From: Candidatus Latescibacterota bacterium
Lineage (GTDB): Bacteria; Latescibacterota; UBA2968
Assembly: GCA_038279365.1 (NCBI GenBank)
Contig: JAYODI010000042.1
Span: 1 to 34,892 of the forward strand
Direction of reading: 5' to 3'
Length of the DNA: 34,892 nucleotides
The notes beneath the pieces were generated by a model that was not told where the DNA came from, made no database searches, and saw only the letters and a list, made by a program, of their open reading frames with translations. The translations under genes were made by a program, and so were the position numbers. Of this stretch, positions 1 through 8,555 are shown in pieces; position 1 is the stretch's first letter, and each line of letters begins with the position of its first letter.

Positions 1-873
1 GGTGACTTTGACGGTGACTTGGTGGTGGGTTTTGGTGATTTTCTGATGTTTGTCTCGTCCTTTGGGTCTGCACAAGGTCAGCCCAAATACAACATCATTT
101 TGGATTTAAACAGTGATGGGTCTATTGGGTTTGCAGACTTTTTGGCCTTTGTAAAAGTCTTTGGCAATCGTTATGCTGCGGGTAAGAGTGTTCCTAAAGT
201 AATTCCTGAAGATGGGAATGCCCAATCGTTGTTAGAAGGCACGTTGCCCAATGTGGGTGAGGTTTTTGAAGTCACTGTTAAATTGGTTCAAAAAAATGAC
301 CTTGCAGGTTATGGATTTGAAGTGTGGTTTGATCCCGACATCGTGTCCTTTGAAGATGCCACGGGTTTAGGACCCTTTGGAGAAATTTTGAGTGAAGCCG
401 AGGGTGTTGTTGCCTTTGGTGGGGTGCCCAATACAGAATCTGGTTCCGATGAAATAGCCCACCTGAGTTTTAGGCTTTTGCATGAAATAGACCCTGAGAT
501 GGGGCCATTTTTGGGATTGTCAGATTTGGTGATCAGCGATTTGGGAGGAGGGATCCGGCGGGTAATTGACCGTGGAGAATTAAACGTGTTGCCATCCGAA
601 ACGGTATTAAAACCCAATTACCCCAATCCTTTTAACCCTGTAACGACCCTGCCATATGCTGTGTCCACAGAAGGTTTGGTGAGTTTGCGTGTATATAATC
701 CATTGGGCCAGCAAGTGGTGACTTTGGTAAATGATTTGCATGCACCCGGGTTTTACCGCGTGGTTTGGGATGGACGAGATGCGTTGGGGCACAGCGTGGC
801 CAGTGGTATTTATATGGTGCGTATGGTGGCTCCCAATTATGTAAGCGTAAATAAAATGTTGTTATTGAAGTAA
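1..873 (+). CDS. 5'-truncated, probably secreted protein: dockerin-like EF-hand pair, cohesin-like domain, C-terminal FlgD-Ig/T9SS-type sorting-like domain
   Basis: Frame +1 is open from base 1 (GDFDGDLVVGFGDFLMFVSSFG...DLNSDGSIGFADFLAFVKVFG = two DxDxDG-type Ca-binding loops); 'VGEVFEVTV...GYGFEVWFDPDIVSF' is cohesin-like; 'LKPNYPNPFNPVTTLPY...VYNPLGQQV...WDGRD..G..VASGIY...KMLLLK' is the typical C-terminal domain. Confidence 0.8.
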   Translation, partial: GDFDGDLVVGFGDFLMFVSSFGSAQGQPKYNIILDLNSDGSIGFADFLAFVKVFGNRYAAGKSVPKVIPEDGNAQSLLEGTLPNVGEVFEVTVKLVQKNDLAGYGFEVWFDPDIVSFEDATGLGPFGEILSEAEGVVAFGGVPNTESGSDEIAHLSFRLLHEIDPEMGPFLGLSDLVISDLGGGIRRVIDRGELNVLPSETVLKPNYPNPFNPVTTLPYAVSTEGLVSLRVYNPLGQQVVTLVNDLHAPGFYRVVWDGRDALGHSVASGIYMVRMVAPNYVSVNKMLLLK

Positions 874-910
874 GCTAATTCTTGCTTGGCCCATTTTAAA
901 TGCACAGAAC

Positions 911-948
911 AAACAAAAGAGCGGATGCGATATTTGCTCTTTTGTTTT
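911..948. terminator. Probable bidirectional intrinsic terminator between convergent genes
   Basis: Inverted repeat AAACAAAAGAGC (911-922) / GCTCTTTTGTTT (936-947) with A- and T-rich ends. Confidence 0.7.
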
Positions 949-1030
949 AAATATGTGAGCAATTTTTCAAATGTAAATTCTTTACATAAACAAAAATTTA
1001 TGGCGTGTGGAAAGTTGCGCATTTAAACGT

Positions 1031-2071
1031 TTACGGACTGGCCAGGCTAAATGGTCCTGTGGGTTCGGCGATTTGGTAAGGTGATGGATTTGGTAGGGTA
1101 TCCAATAAGGCTGGTGAAGGAAACAGTAAATTGGCTTTGGATGGGGTAATGGTATATAAATGACCTGTGGTTTTGTGTTTGAGGTCGATGTGAGACTTTT
1201 GTCCTAAGCCAACTTCTAAGGTGTCTGCCGTGTCCTGGTCGTCAATGAGCACCAAATAAGTGTTGGTCTGTGACATTTTTGAAGGGTCGGATAATGCTTC
1301 ATATTTTAGTCTTCCAAGAAAGCTTAAATAGGCATATACCGAACCATTGACAACCTGGCGCCGTTTGTTTGATTGGGTGGCATACCATTCATATGTTGGC
1401 CCTTCGGCGGGTGTTTTTTTGTCTTTGTCAGTTTCTATTTCTACACGTTCAAGGGCTTGGATAGGATAAGCGGTGTTTGCAAATACAACTTTTTTAATTG
1501 CACGTCTGGCCAATGCCGAAGGCAAAACTTTGTGATCTATAAATGGTGGATGGTTTGCAAGGCGTTCCCAAGCCATGCCTCTTACAGGGTCGGCATGGAT
1601 GTGATAAATGGTGTCTGACTGTGGTATTTTCATATACGCTTCACGTGTGTCTTCACCAGGAAGGCTTGCACCAATTTGAACAGTTTGTTTCCACGTGCCA
1701 GTAGAGTCCGCAAGATGAACGGTAAGTGGGTTTTCTTCAAAACCAAATTGAGGTGAAGGGTGTGTGGCAACAACGGTTCCATAGCTCTCAACAATTTCTT
1801 TTAAGAAAGACTTGATACGCTCATTTAGGGCAAAGGCATTTTCGTTGGCGGGGTAATGCCAATTGCCATTTTTAAGGCGATAAGTCCAAGCTGTATCGGC
1901 TTTTTCTATTCGAAGTGTACGCACATCATCTGCTGATTTTCCCGTGTTGTTAGGCAGTTGTAACAGTTGTGCTTTTAATGTGCGTTCTGCTTCGCGATTT
2001 TGTTCGAGATGTTTCCCGGTCATAATCACCACAAGCAACAGCAACGCTGTAATAATAAGCAATTTATTCAT
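1031..2071 (-). CDS. DUF4340-like membrane-anchored periplasmic protein (accessory to GldAFG-type ABC system)
   Basis: N-terminal hydrophobic anchor; two related beta-rich halves ('VRTLRIEK...YRLKNGNW', 'IKKVVF...YEWY'); directly downstream of the GldG-like gene, the usual position of DUF4340 genes. Confidence 0.65.
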   Translation of the reverse strand: MNKLLIITALLLLVVIMTGKHLEQNREAERTLKAQLLQLPNNTGKSADDVRTLRIEKADTAWTYRLKNGNWHYPANENAFALNERIKSFLKEIVESYGTVVATHPSPQFGFEENPLTVHLADSTGTWKQTVQIGASLPGEDTREAYMKIPQSDTIYHIHADPVRGMAWERLANHPPFIDHKVLPSALARRAIKKVVFANTAYPIQALERVEIETDKDKKTPAEGPTYEWYATQSNKRRQVVNGSVYAYLSFLGRLKYEALSDPSKMSQTNTYLVLIDDQDTADTLEVGLGQKSHIDLKHKTTGHLYTITPSKANLLFPSPALLDTLPNPSPYQIAEPTGPFSLASP

Positions 2072-2077
2072 AAATGA

Positions 2078-5000
2078 TTAGGTGTTTGCAAGGTGTCGTT
2101 GTTTAAAAAAGCGAATCAAGCCATAAAGTAAGAAACAAAGGGCTCCTGTGCCGACCACAAAAATTCGCCAGAATGTTTTTTGTGGTGTGGGCAGTTGTGC
2201 AAATCCGCGAGAAATTTTACGGCGTGCCTGAATGTCAGCATATTTTTCACCCAAAGTAAGATAGGCCACGGCATTGAGTAAAAATTGATCATGCTGAAAA
2301 TGTGGGGCATAAAAGTAGTCATTTTTAAACATTTCAGAACTGCCCACCAGAATCAACGACCCTGCTTTTTGGTTGGGTGAATATTTGAGTGTGTGGGTCA
2401 CGCGGCCCGAATCATCTTGGCCAAATTTCATTTGAGGAAATGTGCCTTCTACAAGCAAGGCAAGCGGAGATTGGCCGACAGTGAGGCTGTCTATGGGTGA
2501 GAATACTTCTTCGGGCATCCAACCACCTCGCCAATTATAAGCCCATGCTTTTGGAGAGGTTTTGATGAGGCTTTGGGCTTGTAGGCCATAACTTTGTAAA
2601 CTGTCTTGCTGAATGTTGAACCGATTGCCCCAAATGAAAAGTTGGTCGCCCAATTGGCGTGTAATGGGTGAATGAGCGTTAAAATTGGGCCCCACGGCAC
2701 GAATGAGGAATGGGAGAGTCACTTCTTGGGCTTCAAATTCTCGAACGGCGGTGCGGTTGATTTGTGTTTCGAGACTCAATCGCGATTTGGTTTCATCCAG
2801 CAGCACTTCTCTTACTTGGCCCAAACCCAATGGTTCAAGATAGGGGTTTAGGTCTTGGTATTGGGGTTGGGGCCAATAAACGGTCTGAAAGCCAGAACCG
2901 CGATATTGTCTTTGTTGAATGTTGAAATGTTGTAAGGCAACCAACCCATTCCCACCTAGTGCCAAATATTGGCTGAAAAGCTCGGTCAATTTTGTGGCAT
3001 CTCTTCGGGGTTGCATCCAAATGATGAGATCGGCATCGGGGGGGAAAATGGGTTCTCGTGGATTGATATAAGTAACGCGATAACCATATGTGCGCAATAA
3101 GGTTTGGATTTCCCGAAATACATCAGCGCCTTTTGGTGGCGTAAGTTGTTGCTGATGATATTCAAATGCTTCGGCAGGAGACAGTCTGGGTGGTTCCGAT
3201 ATGAGGGCTATGTGTGGGGTTTTCCCTTGGTTTAGACGTAGTTCGGCGGTAAGCAGGTGATACTCCAAGTGATCGATGGTTTTCTCATCTAAGCGTGGAA
3301 TAACAGCAGCCGCACCGGGTTTGTGAATCAAAAGACTGCTCAATATCCATTGTGATATTTGCTGGTCATCTTGAATGGCTTGCAATTCGAAGGGTTTGAT
3401 GCCCAAAGCACCCAACCGAGCACGGTCTTGAGGTGTAAGGGTTTCTGGCCGTCGCAATGTGATGGGGATATCCAACTTTTTGAGCGTTTGGGTAACCGTT
3501 TTTTCAATGGGTTTTAGAGCGGAAGGCAAGGAAGCCCGAGTAGGAATAATGAGATCGGCCTTAATTTGTTTGTTGGCGAGTTGGTTTTGGGTAAAGGCTT
3601 TGGGTGTGTGAATGGATTCTGCGGTGAAATCGATCATAAGGCCTGAGTGCCATGCCCAAAGGCGTGATGCCAAAAGCAAAATAACAAACCCACCCACCAC
3701 GTGAAAAGGTAGGTTGCCCATACCACGCAAGGGGGAAAATGCCCCCCCGTGAGACAGGTGCCGTTGTATGCCAACAATCAAAATGATCAAGGGAATGAAA
3801 AACACAACAACCCCGCGCCAAATAAGGCGTACCACGTTTGACAATTCGGGAAGTGTGGGTGGTTGTGGGCGGGTGACGCGTCCTTTGACGATACGACTTG
3901 GTTCAGTGTAAGTGCGCAATACGGTTTGCAAAAATACGCGGTGCCCATAATTGGGCTGGTTAAAAATACCATCGCGAAATGGGCTCGTTGTGCCCAAAAT
4001 AAGCAATTCTCCCTGCCAAGGATTTTCGGGTGATAAACGAAGCATGAGGTTTTGCTTGCCCACATTTAATTCGGCTTTGATGTCTGTTTGGGTAAAGTGT
4101 TCTTGCGGCAGAGCTTGTACGTAGGCTTTTTCAGTGGTGGTGGCCAAAATGTCAACCCCAAACCCAGCCTCAGTTACCTTACGTGGTTCTATTTCTAATG
4201 GGCTTGCGCCCACAAAATTTAGGGCTCCCCGAGCGGGTGATAAAAAGCCTTTGAGATTGTATGCCCCCGGCATCACCCTTAAGTGGAAGGGCGCATCTGC
4301 TTGGCGAACCTGGTTTTTGGCATCGCGAAAGAAAATGGGGCCCTGGCTTTCATCCATCAGCAAATCGGGTTGTGGTCGAATGCCAAATGGGGCCAGCAAG
4401 CTTTCCCAGCTCGTTCCTGTGGGATATGTCTGAAAATGGACCTGATTGGCGTCGTTGATGCCATAATCAATCACATAACTGCTGCCCGCCAAGATCACTG
4501 TTTTCCCAGACCGAATAAAGCGTTCGAGGGCACGAATGTGAGATTGCTCAATGTTCTGTGGTTCAAGCCAAATAAGCACATCGGCATCAAATGGAAATTG
4601 GGTCGCTTGGGCAATATCTACATTTTTCACCGTGCCATATTGCTTGGCAAACTCGGTAAAAAGGGTGGTGTAATTGGGGGAAGAAATCGCAAGTGTTGGT
4701 AAGGGAGGAGCATTAAGTGATTTGAGGTGCGTTAAAATGAGGTTTTCTAAAAAGGGCAAATCTTCAGGCGTAATTTTCTGAATCAAAATCTCTTTGTGGC
4801 CTTCGGGAGCAATGATCAGCGAAGACCACACATCCCGTTCGCTGTGTTCATCTTGTTTTATGGTGCGCACCGAAAACGGAGAGGCTTTTTTGCGGGCGGC
4901 ATAAGATTGGCCTTCGTTTCCACTTAAATCGGGGTCAATAACACGATAAGAGATTTTGTTGGGTGAAGCGGCTTTTAATGCACCAAGTAGGTTTTCAACA

Positions 5001-5251
5001 GGAGAAACTACGCGTTTGAGGTGTGCTGGCATTTGTGCAACGGGAGTGACAAAATAAGTAAAGGCAACTTTACCTGAGAAGGTGTTGAGAAATTGGTGGG
5101 TTTCTTCGTTTAAACTGTCTAGTTGTTGGCCTGTCAGATCCCATTTGCCCCACTGCGCGTGGTTGAGCAAACGGCCCGATTGAACAATGAGGGCGAGCAA
5201 GATCAAAAAGAAGAGGGTGATTTGGCAGGTAAAAAGATGTTTGCGTTGCAT
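2078..5251 (-). CDS. GldG-family ABC-transporter auxiliary protein, tandemly duplicated (two GldG-like modules)
   Basis: Module 1: TM, 'WDLTGQQLDSL', 'DADVLIWLEP', 'GELLILGTTSPF', TM. Module 2: TM, 'IDFTAESIHT', 'DADLIIWMQP', 'GSLILVGSSEMF..FLLNAVAYL', TM. TAATG overlap with the permease gene. Confidence 0.75.
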   Translation of the reverse strand: MQRKHLFTCQITLFFLILLALIVQSGRLLNHAQWGKWDLTGQQLDSLNEETHQFLNTFSGKVAFTYFVTPVAQMPAHLKRVVSPVENLLGALKAASPNKISYRVIDPDLSGNEGQSYAARKKASPFSVRTIKQDEHSERDVWSSLIIAPEGHKEILIQKITPEDLPFLENLILTHLKSLNAPPLPTLAISSPNYTTLFTEFAKQYGTVKNVDIAQATQFPFDADVLIWLEPQNIEQSHIRALERFIRSGKTVILAGSSYVIDYGINDANQVHFQTYPTGTSWESLLAPFGIRPQPDLLMDESQGPIFFRDAKNQVRQADAPFHLRVMPGAYNLKGFLSPARGALNFVGASPLEIEPRKVTEAGFGVDILATTTEKAYVQALPQEHFTQTDIKAELNVGKQNLMLRLSPENPWQGELLILGTTSPFRDGIFNQPNYGHRVFLQTVLRTYTEPSRIVKGRVTRPQPPTLPELSNVVRLIWRGVVVFFIPLIILIVGIQRHLSHGGAFSPLRGMGNLPFHVVGGFVILLLASRLWAWHSGLMIDFTAESIHTPKAFTQNQLANKQIKADLIIPTRASLPSALKPIEKTVTQTLKKLDIPITLRRPETLTPQDRARLGALGIKPFELQAIQDDQQISQWILSSLLIHKPGAAAVIPRLDEKTIDHLEYHLLTAELRLNQGKTPHIALISEPPRLSPAEAFEYHQQQLTPPKGADVFREIQTLLRTYGYRVTYINPREPIFPPDADLIIWMQPRRDATKLTELFSQYLALGGNGLVALQHFNIQQRQYRGSGFQTVYWPQPQYQDLNPYLEPLGLGQVREVLLDETKSRLSLETQINRTAVREFEAQEVTLPFLIRAVGPNFNAHSPITRQLGDQLFIWGNRFNIQQDSLQSYGLQAQSLIKTSPKAWAYNWRGGWMPEEVFSPIDSLTVGQSPLALLVEGTFPQMKFGQDDSGRVTHTLKYSPNQKAGSLILVGSSEMFKNDYFYAPHFQHDQFLLNAVAYLTLGEKYADIQARRKISRGFAQLPTPQKTFWRIFVVGTGALCFLLYGLIRFFKQRHLANT

Positions 5252-6021
5252 TAGAGTTTGCTTCTTTTGAGGGAAAGGTCATTCATCCAAATAAAAAATC
5301 CGCTCATCAGTGCAAAATACAGCACCGCCGAAAGGTCTATAAGACCTTCTGTAAATGCGGTGTAGTGGGGGACAACAGAAAGAGATTCATAAAAAAAAGT
5401 GCCCAATTGCCACGCGGGTGCCAGACCATCGAGAATTTCAACCACTTTGTCATGTCCACTTAAGACAAAGATGAATCCAAATAAGGTGGCCACCACAAAA
5501 GCAACAATTTGGTCTTGGGTTAAGCCCGATGCAAAAAGCCCAAAAGACAAGAAAAACCCACCCAGCATGATGGCACCCCAATAACTGGTAAAAATGAGCC
5601 CCAAATCTGGGGACCCCAACCAAACCAACATCCCCACAATGGGCAACGTGCCCATCAGTACGATTATAAAAAAGGCAAGGGAGGCCACATATTTTCCCAA
5701 AACAATTTGTAGAGAGCGAAGCGGAAGGGTCATGAGCAGTTCAAATGTATGTTGGGCATGCTCTTCAGCCCAACTGCGCATGGTCATAGCAGGAATGAGA
5801 GGAATAAGGAGGTAGGGCAGCAGGTCGAAATAAGGCGCCATTTCCAGTATGCCATTAAGGAAAAAGGCATTCATAAATGTGGAACACGAAAGTATGAGAA
5901 ACACTGAGGCGTAGATATAGGCTATGGGGGCATCAAAATAGGCTTCTAACTCACGAGAAAAAACAACTTGAACCCCACTTAAAAATTCGGCAGGAGACAG
6001 ACGGTCAGATTGTTCAGGCAA
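5251..6021 (-). CDS. ABC-2 type permease, GldF-like
   Basis: 'RELEAYFDAPIAY', 'PAMTMRSWAEE...TFELLMTLPL...IVLGKY', 'SGLTQDQIVAF', about six TM segments. Confidence 0.88.
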   Translation of the reverse strand: MPEQSDRLSPAEFLSGVQVVFSRELEAYFDAPIAYIYASVFLILSCSTFMNAFFLNGILEMAPYFDLLPYLLIPLIPAMTMRSWAEEHAQHTFELLMTLPLRSLQIVLGKYVASLAFFIIVLMGTLPIVGMLVWLGSPDLGLIFTSYWGAIMLGGFFLSFGLFASGLTQDQIVAFVVATLFGFIFVLSGHDKVVEILDGLAPAWQLGTFFYESLSVVPHYTAFTEGLIDLSAVLYFALMSGFFIWMNDLSLKRSKL

Positions 6022-6751
6022 GAGCCACCTCCGACTGACGTACCAAATGTGTAAATATGCCTTCTAAATCGGTTTCTGACTGACCTGTTTTTTTTGCCAA
6101 ATCTTGTAAACGTCCATCGCCTAATAGGTGTCCGTTGTTAATTATCAGCACGCGATCACTTAAAGCCGAGACTTCTTGGATAATGTGGCTGCTAAAAAGT
6201 ATAACGCGGTTGTCTTTTAATGTGTGGAGCAGTTCGCGAAAGGCCAGTACTTGCAAGGGGTCAAAACCATGGGTAGGTTCATCAAGCAGTAAAATGGGCG
6301 GATTGTGTATCAATGCAGATCCCAAACCAATGCGCTGACGAAAACCCGTTGAACATTGGTTGACCCTTTTGTAAAGGTGTGGTGATAAACCACAAATATC
6401 GATCACCCATTCCAAATTGGTTTTTAGTTCTGCGCCACTCAACCCTCGCGCTTTGCCACAAAATGTGAGAAATTTATCGACACGCATGGTCTGGTATAAG
6501 GGTGTGTCGCCAGACAGGTAACCAATTTTTCGCCTAACGGATAAGGGGTGATCCACCACATTGAGATTGGTAACCGTAATGGTGCCATTGGTGGGAAGCA
6601 AGTAAGTGGCCAACATTTTCAGCATTGTGCTCTTGCCCGCCCCATTGGGACCCACAAATCCGATGATTTCATTGGGAAACAACTGAAAACTGATGTTTTC
6701 GACTGCTTTTACTGTTCCATACCATTTGGATACGGATTGTACATTGATCAT
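6014..6751 (-). CDS. ABC transporter ATP-binding protein, GldA-like
   Basis: Walker A GPNGAGKS, signature-like CSTGFRQR, Walker B ILLLDEP, H-loop FSSH; start moved to ATG 6751 (MINVQSVSKWYG). Confidence 0.93.
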   Translation of the reverse strand: MINVQSVSKWYGTVKAVENISFQLFPNEIIGFVGPNGAGKSTMLKMLATYLLPTNGTITVTNLNVVDHPLSVRRKIGYLSGDTPLYQTMRVDKFLTFCGKARGLSGAELKTNLEWVIDICGLSPHLYKRVNQCSTGFRQRIGLGSALIHNPPILLLDEPTHGFDPLQVLAFRELLHTLKDNRVILFSSHIIQEVSALSDRVLIINNGHLLGDGRLQDLAKKTGQSETDLEGIFTHLVRQSEVALA

Positions 6752-6806
6752 AAAAAAATCTTGTTGAAAAAGGGGTGAGATCAATCGGTGAAATATATTT
6801 GAAACT

Positions 6807-8285
6807 TTATGGGCCGGTTTCCGAAGATGGTTTTGGTGAAGACGCTTTGGCGTCTGTGGTGAGTGCGGTCACGCGTTCATCCGAAAGTTTGAGGCTTGCT
6901 TGCATGCTTTGTAACATGGCTTCTTCTGTAGCGGACAATTCGCCGTCGGCAAGAGCTGTTTTTAATACGGTAAAATAGGTTTTTTCTGGCTCTGTTTGTG
7001 GGCCAATTCCCAGTTCTTTTTTGGTCATCATCAGTACTTCTGCTGCTGCATCTTCTGTGAGTTTGTCCGATTCTGCAATTTGTTTGAGCATAGACTGTTC
7101 ATTGGCATCAATGTGCCTGTCCATCAGTGCGGTCCTTACCAACACACGATAGGCATCCGTTGAGCCTGTGGGTGGGGGGGCAGAGGGTTTTTCTTCTTGG
7201 GCAATCTGTGGCAGTGTTTGCACAAGTTGGTTGGCGCGCGTGCTCGACAAATTCAATGTGCTTTGCATCTGTTCCAAAAGGGTTATTTCATTTTGTGTCA
7301 AGCGGCCATCTTTGTGAGCGGTTTCCAATGTTTGAAAATACGTTTCTTCTTGTGGTGTTTGAGGGCCCACCTTAAGATCTTTGCGAATGGCATTTTCAAT
7401 TTCTTGGGCTTGTGTCGCACTCAAACTACCTGCCTGACGAACGGTTTGGATCAATGCCTGTTCTGATGAATCAATGCGATGGTCATTTAGAGCAACTTCT
7501 AACATCAATTTGTGTAAATCGGCAGGAGGAATACCTTGGGGTGTGTCGGGTTTAAGAGAGACCAATGAAATCGGGGGACCTGGAGCACTCATAACTGTTG
7601 CGCCTTCTAAGAGTTTCGCATGAAGCGCATTTGGGCCTAAGTCGTTCGATTGATTGGCCTGGGCACTTTCAAAACGCCAATATCCTGCCAGACCTGGTTC
7701 GTCGCCTTTGAGTTGGGTAAACATCGTTTGTTGTATTTCTGATTGTGAACGGGATGTAGACCACACTCTAAAGTCTGCAATATAACCATGGAAGGGTTCG
7801 TCACCTGGCCAATTAGATTTGCCAATATAGTTTTTACCCCCACTAATGGCATTAAATGGCAAAACATAATCATTTTCACCCACTTGTTTGCCATTGACAT
7901 AAAGGCGCATACCTGTTTTTCCTGAAACAATGGCCAGGTGTTGCCAGGTATTTTCTTCAATGACTTTAAAACCTTGTGCCCGGTGTAATTTGCCCGACCG
8001 ATCCCAAATAGAAAACAAGAGGGTAGTGGTTTCGCGCTCATTTTGGAGCACCGCGGCATTGCCTTCTTTGCCAAAGTCAAAGATGCGAGCCCACTTATTG
8101 AGACTTTCCCATTTTACCCAACCTTCAACTGTGGCATTGACCAAATTGTCTGTAAGTGCATTGGGTAACTCGGCATGTGCCCCAGTGCCGTTGAGAAACA
8201 ATACGGGTATAACAGGGCTTTGTTGAGCACCAGTTGGGCCAAAAATAAGAAGAACCAAAAAGCTCATCATTGCAAAACGTTTCAT
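6807..8285 (-). CDS. Secreted LamG/concanavalin-like domain protein with C-terminal TerB-like helical repeats
   Basis: GGGGAGG SD before ATG 8285; signal peptide MKRFAMMSFLVLLIFGPTGA; LamG motifs 'TVEGWVKW...WARIFDFG...WQHLAIV...LYVNG...YIGKSNW...IADFRVW...LAGYWRF'; four A-x-x-D-x-x-[IL]-[DTS]-x-x-E motifs in the C-terminal half. Confidence 0.78.
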   Translation of the reverse strand: MKRFAMMSFLVLLIFGPTGAQQSPVIPVLFLNGTGAHAELPNALTDNLVNATVEGWVKWESLNKWARIFDFGKEGNAAVLQNERETTTLLFSIWDRSGKLHRAQGFKVIEENTWQHLAIVSGKTGMRLYVNGKQVGENDYVLPFNAISGGKNYIGKSNWPGDEPFHGYIADFRVWSTSRSQSEIQQTMFTQLKGDEPGLAGYWRFESAQANQSNDLGPNALHAKLLEGATVMSAPGPPISLVSLKPDTPQGIPPADLHKLMLEVALNDHRIDSSEQALIQTVRQAGSLSATQAQEIENAIRKDLKVGPQTPQEETYFQTLETAHKDGRLTQNEITLLEQMQSTLNLSSTRANQLVQTLPQIAQEEKPSAPPPTGSTDAYRVLVRTALMDRHIDANEQSMLKQIAESDKLTEDAAAEVLMMTKKELGIGPQTEPEKTYFTVLKTALADGELSATEEAMLQSMQASLKLSDERVTALTTDAKASSPKPSSETGP

Positions 8286-8351
8286 GGTTTCCCTCCCCGA
8301 AAACGATTTTATGTGGTTTCCGTATAAAATATCCTTAAAATAAACCCTGCA

Positions 8352-8380
8352 ACTATGATTCACCAAGAGGAGAATGTCAA
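8352..8380 (-). promoter_or_regulatory. Putative sigma70 promoter for the LamG/ABC cluster
   Basis: Minus strand TTGACA-17 nt-CATAGT; supports the start at 8285 rather than 8366. Confidence 0.5.
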
Positions 8381-8480
8381 GTGTTTTTACCTTTGGGGGG
8401 CACAGCTGAATAGGTTTTCTAATAGGTTAAAGCGCTGTGAATATATATTTTTATCTGGTAAAGGAAGGCAATTGTTTCGT

Positions 8481-8509
8481 TTGCATTTCTTTGGTTTGAA
8501 TGGTATTTT
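8481..8509 (+). promoter_or_regulatory. Putative sigma70 promoter for GH88-M42
   Basis: TTGCAT-17 nt-TATTTT with extended -10 TGn. Confidence 0.45.
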
Positions 8510-8555
8510 GGGAGAGTTTTAAGCATTGTTTTTTCTATCCATTGAGGAGGTTGTA

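Noticed and set aside
6807..7520. Tellurite-resistance (ter) operon or anti-phage system suggested by TerB-like motifs
   Set aside because: No terA/C/D/Z, ATPase or nuclease partners adjacent, and the protein carries a signal peptide
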